Part shown: positions 50,401-62,297 of the stretch, in pieces
How the letters are laid out: the number at the start of each line of letters is the position of its first letter
Position numbering within the stretch: position 1 is the stretch's first letter
Assembly (NCBI RefSeq): GCF_018350175.1
Contig: NC_058368.1
Coordinates: forward strand, 3,348,001 to 3,412,000
Reading direction: 5' to 3'
Source of the DNA: Felis catus
Taxonomy: Eukaryota
DNA length: 64,000 nt
Translations under genes and position numbers: made by a program
Notes under the pieces: generated by a model
The model's database searches: none
Seen by the model: only the letters and a program-made list of their open reading frames with translations
What the model was told of the DNA's origin: nothing

Positions 50401-51689
50401 TGAAATCTGAGAATCACAGAAAACTCTCATTAAATTCAACAAAAGCCAGCCATTTCCAAGGCATACCATAGTCAAATTCACAAAATACATAGACAAGGAA
50501 AGATTCCTGAAAGCAACAAGGTGGGGGTGGTGGTGGCGGGGAAGACCTTATTATACAAGGGAAAACAGATCCATTTCTTAGAAGATCTAAGACACACAAA
50601 CTTGGCAGGTCATAAGGGAATGGCAGGATATATTCAACTTGCTGAATGGCAAAAATATGCAGCCAAGAACACCTTACCCAGCAAGGCTGTCATTCAGAAC
50701 AGAAGGAGACAAAGACTTTTCCAGAAGAACAAAAACTAAAGGGATTCATGATCACTAAACCAGCCCTGCAAGAAATATTAAGGGGCACTTCTTCAGGGAA
50801 GAAAAACAAAGACAAAAAACAATAAAGACGAAAAAGGAACAGAGAACATCACTGGAAACACCAACTTTACAAGCAATACAATGGAACCAAACTCAAATCT
50901 ATCAATAATCACCCTGAATGTAAATGGACTAAATGCTTCAATCAAAAGACACAGGGTATCAGAATGGATTAAAAAGCAAGACCCATCTATATGCTGCTTA
51001 CAAGACACTCATTTTAGACCCAAAGTCATCAGCAGATTGAAAGTGAGGGGATGGAGAACCATCTATCATGTCAATGGAGAACAAAATAAAGCCAGAGTAG
51101 CCATACTTATATCGGACAAACTAGACTTTAAACTAGATGTAACAACAGATGAAGAAGAGCATTAAAACATAATTAAAGGGCCTATGCATCAAAAAGATGT
51201 AATAGTTGTAAATATTTATACCCCCAACTTGAAAGAACCCAAATTTATAAATCAATTAACAATAAACATAATGAAACTCATTGACAATAATATGATAATA
51301 AGAGGGGATTTAACACCCCACTTACAACAATGGACAGATCATCTAAGCAGAAAATTAACAAATAAATGACACACTAGACTGGATGGACTTAACGCATATA
51401 TTCAGAACATTTCATCCCAAAGCAGCATACATATATATATATATATATATGTGTGTATATATATGTATATATATATATTCTTCTTGAGTGCACACAGAAC
51501 ATTCTCCAGAATTGGTCACATGATGGCTCACAAATCAGCCCTCAAACAGTGCAAAAAGTGTGAGATCATACCATGAATAGTTCAGACCACAATGCTATGG
51601 AACTTGAAGTCAATCACAAGAAAAATTTGGAAATTCCACAAATACATGGAGGTTAAAAAACATCCTATTAAGTATAAATGGGTTACCCA

Positions 51690-51914
51690 AGGGCACCTGG
51701 GTGGCTCAGTCAATTAAGCGTCCAACTTCACTCAGGTCAAGATCTCTGTGGTCTGCTTCATGGGTTGAGCCCCATGTTGGGCTCTATGCTGACAGCTCAG
51801 AGCCTGGAACCTGCTTCCAATTCTGTGTCTCCCTCTCTCTCTGCCCCTCTCCCACTCGTGCTTTGTCTCTCTCCCTCAAAAATAAATAAACATTAAAGAA
51901 AAACATTTTTAAAA
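51690..51914 (+). mobile_element. Can-SINE inserted in L1 ORF2
   Basis: TSD ataaatgggtta on both sides. Confidence 0.95.
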
Positions 51915-54563
51915 AAGGAATAAATGGGTTAACCAGAAAATTAAAGAGAGAATTAAAAAAGCACGTGGAAGCAAATGAAAATGAAACCATGACAGCTCCA
52001 AATCTGTGGGATGCAAAAAAGGCAGTCTCAAGAATATAAGTGTGCCTCAAGAAGCAAGAAAGGTCTCAAGTACACAGCCTAACTTTACACCTACAGGATC
52101 TAGAAAAGGAACAGCAAATAAAGTCTAAAGGCAGCAGAAGAAGGGAAATGATACAGATCAGAGCAGAATAAATGATATAGAAGCAACAAGAACAACAAGA
52201 ACAACAAACCAGAACAGATTAATGAAATTAAGAGACGGTTCTTTGAAAGAATTAATACAATCGATAAACCCCTAGCCAAACATCAAAAAGCAAAGAAAAT
52301 GGACCCAAATAAATAAGATCAACAAATGGAAGGTAGAGAACACAACCGACGTCACAAAAATACAAATGATTATAAGAGAAAATTATGAACGCTTATATGC
52401 CAACATTTTGGCGATCTGGAAGAAATGCATAAATTCCTAGAAACATACAAACTACCAAAACTGAAACAGGAAGAAACAAAGTTTGAACAGACCATAATCA
52501 GCAAAGACCTTGAAACAGTAATCAAAAATCTCCCAAAAAACAAAAGGCCAAGACCAGATGACTTCCCAGTAAATTCTACCAGATATTTAAAGAAAAGTTA
52601 ATACATATTCTTCTCAAGCTGTTCCAAAAAATAGAAACAGAAGGAAGACTTCCAAACTCATTCTACAAGGCCAGCATTACTCTGATTCCAAAGTCAAAGA
52701 CCCCACTAAAAAGGACAATTGCGGGCTCATAGCTCTGATAAACATGGATCTGAAGATTCTTAACAAGATACTAGCAAATCAAATTCAACAGTACATTGAA
52801 AGAATTATTTACTACAATGAAGTGGGATTTATTCCTAGGCTGCAGGGCTGGTTCAATATTAGCAAATCAATCAGTGGGATATACCACATTAATAAAAGTA
52901 GGGATGAGAACCATACGATTGTCTCAACAAATGCAGAGAAAGCATTTGACAAAATACAGCACCCATTCTTGATAAAAACCCTCAACAAAGTTGGGATAGA
53001 TGGAACATACCTCAACAACATAAAGGCCATATACAAAAAATCCACAGCTAGTATCACCCTCAATGGGGAAAAACTGAGAGGCTTTCCCTATGATCAGGAA
53101 CAAGACAAGGATGTCCACTCTCATCATTACTACTTAACATAGTACTGGAAGTCTTAGCCTCAGCAATCAGACAACAAAAAGAAATAAAGGGCATCCAAAT
53201 CAGCAAGGAAGGAGTCAAGCTTCCACTATTTGCAGATGACATGTTACTTTACGTAGAGAATCTGAAAGACTCCACAAAAAAATTCCTAGAACTAGTACAT
53301 GAATTCAGGAAAGTCACAAGATATAAAATCAATGTACAACAATCTGTTGCATTTCTATACACCAATAATGAAGCAACAGGAAAATAAATCAAAGAATTGA
53401 CCCCATTTTCAATTGCATCAAAACAATTAAATTCCTAGGAATAAACCTAACCAAAGATGTAAAAGATCTGTACTGAAAACTATAGAAGACTTATGAAAGA
53501 AATTTGAGAGGACACAAAGAAATGGAAAAACATTCCGTGCTCATGGATTGGAAAAACAAATATTGTTAAAATGTCAATACTACCCAAAGCAATCTACACA
53601 TTTAATGCAATCCCCATCAAAATACCACCAGCATTTTTCACAGAGCTAGAAGAATCCTAAAATTTGTATAGAATCACAAAAGACCCAAAACAATCAAAGC
53701 AACCTTGAAAAAGAAAAACAAAACTTGAGGCATCATGATTCTGGATTTCAAGCTATATTATAAAGCTGTAGTCATCAAGACAGTATGGTACTGGCACAAA
53801 AACAGACACATAAATCAGTGGAACAGAATAGAAAACCCAGAAATGGAGCCAAACTGTATGACCAATTCATCTTTGACATAGGAAGAAAGAGTGTCCAATG
53901 GAAAAAAAAAGACAGCATCTTCAACAAATGGTGCTGGGAAACTGGACGAATTTCTTACACCATACACAAAAGTTAGTTGAAATGGACAAAAGACCTAAAT
54001 GTGAGACAGGAAACCATCAAAATCTTAGAGGAGAACATAGGCAGCCACCTCTTTGACCTCAGTCACCACAGCTTCTTACTAGACACGGCTCTAGAGGCCA
54101 GGGAAACAAAAGCAAACATGAAATCTTGGGACTTCATCAAGATTAAAAGCTTCTGCACAGCAAAGGAAACTATCAATGAAACTAAGAGGCAGCCAATGGA
54201 ATAGGAGAAGATATTTTTAAATGACATATCTGATAAAGAACTTACCTAATTCAACATCTAAAAAACAAATAATCTAGTTAAGAAATGGACAGAAGACATG
54301 AATAACCACTTTTCCAAAGAAGACATCCAGATGGCTAACAGACACATGAAAAGTGCCTCAACATTTCTCAACATCAGGGAAATGCAAATCAAATGAGATA
54401 CCACTTCACACCTGTCAGAATGGCTAAAATTAACAACACAAGAAACAACAGGTATTGGTGATGATGCTGAGAAAGGGGTCCATCATCCAATGTTGGGGGA
54501 ATGCTAACTTGTGCAGCCACTCTGGAGAACAGTATGGAGGTTCCTCAAAAAGTTAACAATTGT

Positions 54564-54788
54564 GGGGCACCTGGGTGGCGCAGTCGGTTAAGCGTCCGAC
54601 TTCAGCGAGGTCACGATCTCACGGTCCGTGAGTTCGAGCCCCGCGTCGGGCTCTGGGCTGATGGCTCAGAGCCTGGAGCCTGTTTCCGATTCTGTGTCTC
54701 CCTCTCTCTCTGCCCCTCCCCCGTTCATGCTCTGTCTCTCTCTGTCCCAAAAATAAATAAACGTTGAAAAAAAAAATTAAAAAAAAAA
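54564..54788 (+). mobile_element. Young SINEC_Fc inserted in L1 ORF2 C-terminus
   Basis: Near-consensus copy, long A tail, perfect TSD aaaaagttaacaattg. Confidence 0.97.
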
Positions 54789-54892
54789 AAAAAGTTAACA
54801 ATTGAACTACCTTACAATCCCGCAATTGCACTACTAGGTATTTACCCAAAGCATCCAAAAACACAGATTCGAACTTATAGCAGTATATATAT

Positions 54893-54894
<2 letters not shown>

Positions 54895-54930
<36 letters not shown>
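54895..54930. repeat. (GT)n microsatellite within the L1
   Basis: Direct reading. Confidence 0.97.
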
Positions 54931-54933
<3 letters not shown>

Positions 54934-55898
54934 ATACACACACACAGTGGAATATTACTCAGCCATCAAGAAGAACGAAATCTTGCCATTTACAATGATG
55001 TGCACAGAGCTAGTGTATATTATGCTAAGTCAGTCAAAGAAAGACAAATACCATGTGAATTCACTTATATGTGGAATTTACAAAACAAAACAGATGAACA
55101 TACAGGAGGATGGGGAGAAAGAAAAGGGGAAAGAAACCATAAGAGACTCTTTAGGATAGAGAACAAACGGGGTTGATGGAGGGAAGTGGGTGGGGATGGT
55201 CTAGATGGGTGATGGGTATTAAGGAGGGTATTTGTTATGATGAGCACTGGGTGTTATATGCAAGTGACGACTCACTGAATTCTACTCTTGAAACCAATAT
55301 TGCACTGTATGCGAACTAACTAGAATTTAAACAAAAAATTGAAAAATAAAAATAAAACAAGACAAACAAGAACGTAAAATCTGGTTAATAATTCTTTATG
55401 TTGATTTCATGTCAAAAGAATAATATTTTTAATATATTGAGTTAAGTAAAGTATAAAATATACAATTAAAGTAAATGGCACAATTTCTTTTTACTTTCTT
55501 AAGGCTACAAACAAACTTAAAAGTGCATACGTGGCTGATCTATTGATATATCTGTGGGACAGCATTTTTATAGACCTTTCCTCTTCCCCATTTTGCACAC
55601 ATGCCCCCATATCAAAATAGTTCATGTAATTCAGAATTAATAGACTCTTTGAAGCCTAATCATAAGCTCTTGTCCAGGTATCTCAAATAAAAAGCCAGGT
55701 CTTATCACTATATCCATTGTACAGAAATGGAAACCACATCTCTCGAAAGTTTAGTGACTTGAAGTAGGTCAGCTAATAAGTGTTGAAGCTGAAGTAAAAC
55801 CATATTTGATTGCTTTCATTATTTTCTCATAATCGGCACTCAAGTGTATAAATTCTAATCTTAACTGCATGGATGCTTTACTAGGTTTTCAATGATTG

Positions 55899-56090
55899 TT
55901 TTCAATGTTTGAGAGAGAGAGTGCACCAGCAGGGGAGGGGCAGAGAGAGAAGGAGAGAGAGAATCCCAAGCAGGCTCAGTGCTGTCATTGCAGAGCCCGA
56001 CACAGGACACGATCCCACAAACCATGAGATCATGACCTGAGCCAAAATCGAGAGTTGGAGGTTTTACTGACTGAGCCACCCAGGCTCCCC
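55899..56090 (-). mobile_element. Can-SINE
   Basis: Antisense body and head ...gagccacccaggctcccc. Confidence 0.93.
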
Positions 56091-56236
56091 TTTAAATGAT
56101 TTTTGTGTGAGAAAGATAAATGAATATCAGACCCAATGAAACTTTAAAATGATGTGAGGGCTTTGAAAATGATTATCCATGTTTGAAATGTACCATTACA
56201 AAGGTCACAATTAGTAAATTTAAAATATATAGAAGA

Positions 56237-56470
56237 GGGGTGCCTGGGTGGCTCAGTCGGTTGAGCGTCCGACTGGGCTCAGGTCATGATCTCACGGTTT
56301 GTGGCTTCGAGCCCCGCGTCAGGCTCTACGCTGACAGCTCAGAGCCTGGAGCCTGCTTCCGATTCTGGGTCTCCCTCTCTCTCTCTCTCTGCCCTCTCTC
56401 ACGCACGCCATCTCTCTCTGTCTCTCAAAAATAAGCATTAAGAAAAATTTTTTAAAATAATAAAATAAAA
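56237..56470 (+). mobile_element. Can-SINE (SINEC_Fc-like)
   Basis: TSD taaaatatatag(a/g)ag. Confidence 0.95.
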
Positions 56471-57067
56471 TAAAATATATAGGAGGGAATCAAACCCATA
56501 CTTGATTTACCAAAGGATGTCATATTTCTTACTTGTAAGTCACCCATGAGATTGACAAGGTGGGAAGTGATCAAGGCACTGAAAGACCAGGGTGGCTAGA
56601 GCATAGGGGTGAGGGGACAAATAACACGTGCTGGTAGCTGGAGAGGTAGACGAAGCCAAACTGTTACATGCGCTGCCATAGAAATTTTGCCCCAAACCCA
56701 AGAAGCCAGGAAATACATCTCTGGGTTAAGACTCCTTGGGTCCTCACAAGAAACATGCAGTGATGCCTAGACTGGTTCTAAAGCCTTTACACTTGCCCTC
56801 TGCTCATTTTAGAGATTACTGCAAGATTACTGTTCCCACAGCGTCCAACCACTTGGAGTGCCAGTCCTTCTATGGCTGTGTATCCTAAATACTGTCCTTT
56901 GAGGTCTCATGCCATTTCTCATGGAGACTTCTCTGACCTCACAGATGGCAATAATTGTATCATTTTCTTATATGGTAGGTTTTGCCTTATTTCTCTTATA
57001 ATGCTTATCATATTCTCACTTAGACTAATGTTTCCAAGTTGTGAATAGTAACCCATTTATAACTCAC

Positions 57068-57207
57068 ATGAGCCCCACGTTGGGCTCTGTGCTGACAGCT
57101 CAGAGCCTAGAGCCTGCTTCAGATTCTGTGTCTTCCTCTCTCTCTGCCCCTCCCCCATTTGTGCTCTGTCTCAAAAATAAATAAATATTTAAAAAAATTT
57201 TTTTAAA
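57068..57207 (+). mobile_element. Headless Can-SINE
   Basis: Starts at tgagccccacgttgggctctgtg; A-box head absent. Confidence 0.9.
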
Positions 57208-57804
57208 TAAAATATGAGTGCATTTTTTGGTATTAATTTGTGTCTATTATTTTACAAAAAATAAATATTTAAAAAATTTTTAAAAATAAAATGAGTGCAT
57301 TTTTTGGTAATAATTTGTGTCTATTATTTTACAAAAGTACAGTATTTTATAGTGTTTCATGCTGAAAAAACTTAAGAAACACTGTTAACTAGAAAGTATT
57401 TTTTCTTGAGAACATGTGCTGGCTCGTATTCACCTATTTGTAAAAAGTGTTGAGCAGAGTACAAAGCATTGAAAGATTTTTGTTCAATGAATGCGTCATA
57501 GTTTTCTGTGTTCCTATTATTTCCCTCATTAGACTGAATAAGCCTAAATATGTCAATCATCACAAAAAATGTGAATGTGCTAAGCCTCTTACAAAAAAAC
57601 GAATGAGTAACGACCATTTCCGTGCATTTCTAAAAAGGAATCAACTTGTACTAGACGTTACTCAAGCATCAGTTATCTAATTAAATGTATCTAATCTGTG
57701 TTCTAATTAAATATCTACGTAATTCTGAGTGTCCCCACTTTACAAATGAAGACGCTGACCAGGCCAAATATCTTGGGTTGGTCTCCCTAGGAAATAGAGA
57801 TTCT

Positions 57805-58143
57805 CGTCTTAGTGCAGGCTCCTACAGCAAAACATCATGGGATGCATGATTTATAAACAACAATATATTTCTCACAGTTCGGGAGAATGAGAAGTCCAGT
57901 AACAATTGCCTACCAATTCTGTGTCTGGCCGGGGCCTGCTTCCTTGTTCAAAGACAGCATCCTCACATGTGGGAAGGGAAGAAGGAGGTCTCTGGAATCT
58001 CTCTTATAAGGGCACTAATCCCATTTAGGGGGCTCCACCCTCGTTATCTAATCACTTCCCAAAGGCCCACCTCCAAATGCCATCACACTGGGGTTTAGGT
58101 TTCAACATATGGATTTGGGAGGGATACACAGAAATTCAGTCTC
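57805..58143 (-). mobile_element. MaLR MLT1A-like LTR nested in an LTR16-like LTR end
   Basis: gtcttagtgcaggct...tttctcacagttc...tcttataagggcactaatcccatt...aaattcagtc; flanks (tcttgggttggtctccctaggaa / ccctgaagcagagac) look like a split ERV-L LTR end. Confidence 0.85.
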
Positions 58144-58249
58144 CAGAAACCCTGAAGCAGAGACTGGCATCCGGGAGGCTTATTGGCCAGGATCCTGGGG
58201 GCAGGAAGAGAAACCCACACCCACGGTATGGGTTGATTTGGGGCAGATT

Positions 58250-59420
58250 GAATCCCTGCTCCCATCATAGTAGGAAATATTTAATGTAACCAAATTGCAC
58301 AACTGGTGGTAGTTTCCTTAAAGGACGGTGCCACACTGGGCGCGTGGCTCTCATTTCTCTTGGTGGCAGTTTGGCCATTTGGTGGCAGTAATAAGAGACC
58401 AGCCCTGAGGAATGGGAATTCATGTTTGGTTCCAGGCATGACCTCCATTCCTGAAATCATGGCTAATTATTTCCTGAATTCATTTTGCTAGCACTGGAGT
58501 GGCCATTGGTAAGGCTAACGACAGCTGGCTGAGTCATTTTGTCTACTTCATTGTTTAGCACTTTTTCCATGGTGGGTGTTCACTAATTGGCGCTGACATA
58601 TGATACAAAAAATCCTCATACTTCGTGCCTGCTCCCACAGGTCCATACACATGCTGCTTCTCCAGAATACCTTGCCCTCTAGCTTCTAGGCCTTTGCCTG
58701 GAAAGCAACGACTTGCAGCTTTTCCCAGGAGTCTATGTATATTCTTACCTCAGGCCAATACTCTTTCCACGCAAAGCAGATAACCAAGCGTAGTGGCCAA
58801 AACATTGTCCGTTTGAGGCTTTCCCCTGAGCGTTGTCTTTCAACTTGCACTTACATATTTAGCTAGCCCATCTCTATCTTTTCCCTTTTTGTCAAGCAAG
58901 TCATAAGGGATCGCCTGTGGGGCTAGAGGTGTCAGCTGAGAAAGAGATGATAGTTAGGCATTGGTGGAGAGATGGGGAACTGGCTTATATGCTCATGAAG
59001 TTTATTTGTTCTCTCTGACCTTGCTTGTACACAATCCCGCATGCCCTATGCCATCTTGTTTTCGTTGGGCTTCACAACCCAGCTCACTTTGGACATCCAT
59101 CCCTGGCTGCACGGTTCCTTGATGTCCTGAGGTGAGATGTTCTGTTTCTACCAGCCCAATGGCGTGTCAGGAGTCGTCTGCCAAGTGATATTTAATTCTG
59201 TGCATTATCTGGCATTACCTGGCCAGGCTCCAAACCCCCAAAGGTCTCTAACACCACAGAATCTGCTAGGCTATGTTGCCCAAGCAGTGGGGCTGTTTCA
59301 CTGCAACTAGAACCCACTGTAGAGCTCTTTACTGTTCTAGACTTCTCCCAAAACCGGAAGACCTTCCTTGTTCTTGGTATGTGCTGGGACAGTGTTCCCA
59401 CGACACCCAGGTGATACAAC
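58250..59420 (-). mobile_element. Ancient ERV-L pol relic (RT connection, RNase H, integrase N-terminus)
   Basis: LLGQHSLADSVVLE, LVETEHLTSGHQGTVQP, LVICFAWKEYWPEVRIYIDSW and GKVFWRSSMCMDLWEQ parallel recalled HERV-L LPLGPYDPADPMVLE, LVETERLTMGHQVTMRP, LVVHFAWKEKWPDVRLYTDSW and DKEIWGRGMWMDLSEW. Confidence 0.88.
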
Positions 59421-59580
59421 ATTAAGTACAGGATTTGTAGTCAGCCAGCGTGGCTCAACAGCCCATGGTTTTAACTTCTGCATTACCGCACCTCTGTAGG
59501 ATAAAGAACTAAATAGGATGACTTACAAAATAGAAGGATATGAGAAAACAAAAAAATGGAAATGCAGAAGTAGCACTCTT

Positions 59581-59790
59581 TTTTTTATTATTTTTTTTAT
59601 TTATTTTTGAGACAGAGAGACAGAGCATGAATGGGGGAGGGTCAGAGAGAGGGAGACACAGAATCTGAAACAGGCTCAAGGCTCTGAGCGGTCAGCACAG
59701 AGCCTGACGCGGGGCTCGAACTCACGGACCGCAAGATCGTGACCTGGCTGAAGTCGGACACTCAACCGACAGAGCCACCCAGGCGCCCCC
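59581..59790 (-). mobile_element. SINEC_Fc
   Basis: Perfect TSD agaagtagcactctt. Confidence 0.97.
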
Positions 59791-59944
59791 AGAAGTAGCA
59801 CTCTTAATATTAAGGTAAAATTTAAGACACAGTAAGAAAACGAACAAAGAAGGATTAATAATAGTGTTAACATGAAAAATACACTAAGATACAACAAACA
59901 TGAGTCTTTAAATGCTAAACAGTACAGCATATGAAGCAAATTAG

Positions 59945-61350
59945 GAGACGCCTTGTATCTAGTCTTGCATGTAAGGTGCTTGTAGTCTCCATTTCATCCT
60001 GACAACAATGAAAAAGCTGAACAAAGTGAAAAATCAACTCATTTTAGATCCATAGGAGAAACGGGGTCACAGTGCAAACTGCCCCCAAGGTTGGAAAGAC
60101 AGACAAAATACAGAGAATTATAACTTTACTGGAGCAAAACTCCCCAGGGAGAAACCTCTGTGGGAACCAGTGGCAAAGTATGTAAACATGAATTATAATT
60201 GACAAGTTTCCAGAGACTCAGTCTAGAAAAGTCTGTGCATTAAAAACGCCAGGGATAGAGAACACACTGTGAGTTTTATCTCTTGAAGCTCTACCAGGTT
60301 TTAACAGTGAAGATTAGAGAAGGATCCCCTCTTGCTTCCAGCAGGGGGAAAGGGAAAAGGAATAATTTGGAAGGGTAATTATTGAACCAGAGTCTAATTC
60401 CTGAATTTTTATCAGGGCCTAACGGACTGGGGGGAAGGGAAATACTGAACTCTAGCTTCCTCTAGTCATCCTGTCCTACCTAAGAAATCCTTGTAAATTT
60501 CGTAGCCAAGAAGCACAGATTACTAAGAGATTGAACTTAATCATAGGACTATAGAACACTTCCCCTCCCCCTACACCTTACAGCCTTATTACTAAAGGCC
60601 TGTTTATTGAAGTTTCTTTCACCCAGGGAGTGGAAATACCTCACCTCTGGCTATCTTAAAAAAAATTACAAGGCATACTAAATGGGAAGAAAACCACAGT
60701 TTACAGACAAGAGTAAGCATCAGAACCAGACTCAGATACGGCATTACTGATGGATTTGGAACATGAATTTAACTATGACTAATATTCTAAGGACTTTAAT
60801 AGAAAAAAAATAGCCTGCAGGAATATATAAGTGGAAAGATATTTCATGTTTATGAACAAGAAGCCTCAACATTGTTAAGATGTCAATACTTCCTAACTTG
60901 GGCTATAAATTCAATACAATCCCAATCAGAATCCTATTGAGTTATTTTGTGGCTATTGATAAACTGATTCCAAAACTTATACGGAGAGCACAATACCTAG
61001 AATCTCCAATTAGTATTGAGTAAGAACAACGTCAGAGGACTGACGCTACCTGAACGATAGACGTACTAAAACTATAATAATCAAGAAAGTGTGGTATTGG
61101 TAAAAGAAGAGACAAATTGACTAGTGGAAAAGAATACAGAGTCCAGAAATAGATCTAGATTCATAGAATCAACTGATCCTTAACAAAGGAGCAAAGATAG
61201 TCTTTCCAAAAATGGTGATGGAACAAGGGGACATTGTATGTCAAAAAAAAAAAAAAAACACAAAACTCTAGACCTAAACTTTAAACTTTACACCCTGCAC
61301 AAGTCTTAACTCACAATGGATTATTGAACTGTATATAAAAATAGTAAACA
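59945..61350 (+). mobile_element. Old L1 (L1MC/MD-like) 5' end joined to an ORF2 C-terminal fragment
   Basis: tcctgacaacaatgaaaaagctgaac 5' motif; acattgttaagatgtcaatacttcc...gtgtggtattggtaaaag ORF2 motifs. Confidence 0.75.
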
Positions 61351-61489
61351 AAACCTGAAAAAATAGCAATACACCCAAGAAAGTAGAAAGAGGCTATTAA
61401 TAAAACATGAAAAAGAGAAGACAGTAACTGATTTTTAGAAAACAGGTTTTGTGTGTGTGTGATAACTTCAAAGACATCAAAATTAAAAA

Positions 61490-61698
61490 TTTTTAATTTT
61501 ATTTATTTCATTTCGGGAGAGAGAGAGTGCACAAGTGGGGGGAGGGGGAGAGAGAGGGAGACAGAGAGAATCCCAAGCAGGCTCTGTGCTGTCAGCGCAG
61601 AGCCCCATGCAGGGCTCGAACTCACAAACCATGAGATCATGACCTGAGCCAAAACCAAGAGTTGGATGCTTGACTGAATGAGCTACCCAGGAGCTCCT
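61490..61698 (-). mobile_element. Can-SINE
   Basis: Antisense body and head. Confidence 0.92.
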
Positions 61699-62087
61699 GA
61701 AATTACAAATTTTAAATGGCAGAACCTCCATAAATTAAAATAAAATTAAAAAACAGCGTGTGAAAAGGAATTTGTTACATAAAAGGAAAAAAATAATGCT
61801 TTCTTGCGCACATCATATAAAGAAGATCTATAATTCAGTAAGAAAAATGGGAACAACCAAATAAGAGGAGGGACTCTCTGGGGATGCACAATTGGCAATA
61901 AAGAAAGACAAATAGTTGGCAAGCATTTTCAAAGCTTCATGACCTCCCTAATAATCAAGATCTTTCAAGATTTAAAAGAAACATTGGTAATTAAATTATT
62001 AGCTTCTCAATAATTCAATGGAATAATATGTAGCAGTTAGAAAAGAGTAAGTTAGATCTTTATATATTGACTTAAAAAGAATCTCCA

Positions 62088-62297
62088 GGGGCGCCTGGGT
62101 GGCGCAGTCGGTTAAGCGTCCGACTTCAGCCAGGTCACGATCTCGCGCTCCGTGAGTTCGAGCCCCACATCAGGCTCTGGGCTGATGGCTCAGAGCCTGG
62201 AGCCTGTTTCCGATTCTGTGTCTCCCTCTCTCTCTGACCCTCCCCCGTTCACGCTCTGTCTCTCTCTGTCCCAAAAATAATAAACGTTGAAAAAAAA
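62088..62297 (+). mobile_element. Young SINEC_Fc
   Basis: Perfect TSD aaaaagaatctcca at 62074-62087 and 62298-62311. Confidence 0.97.

Larger units (their letters stand above)
48373..55355 (+). mobile_element. Full-length but decayed carnivore LINE-1
   Basis: 5' gggaggagttaagatggc (YY1 site), ORF1 ATG at 49894 with early stop, ORF2 start near 50881 (SIITLNVNGLNASIKRHRVSEWIKKQDPSICCLQDTH), RT LFADDM at 53226-53243, 3'UTR and A tail; degenerate TSD aataagccaaca / aacaagacaaaca; many stops. Confidence 0.97.
48054..55566. mobile_element. Charlie5/MER3/MER33-type hAT fossil split by the full-length L1 (arms 48054-48360 and 55369-55566)
   Basis: ctgtgctgtccaa...tagccatatgtggctactgagcactgaaatg on the left; the right arm continues the MER33-like sequence and ends gggacagca. 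Confidence 0.8.

Noticed and set aside
48373..55355. Active L1 or intact ORF1/ORF2
   Set aside because: ORF1 stops within about 13 codons; ORF2 is broken by stops, frameshifts, two SINEs and microsatellites
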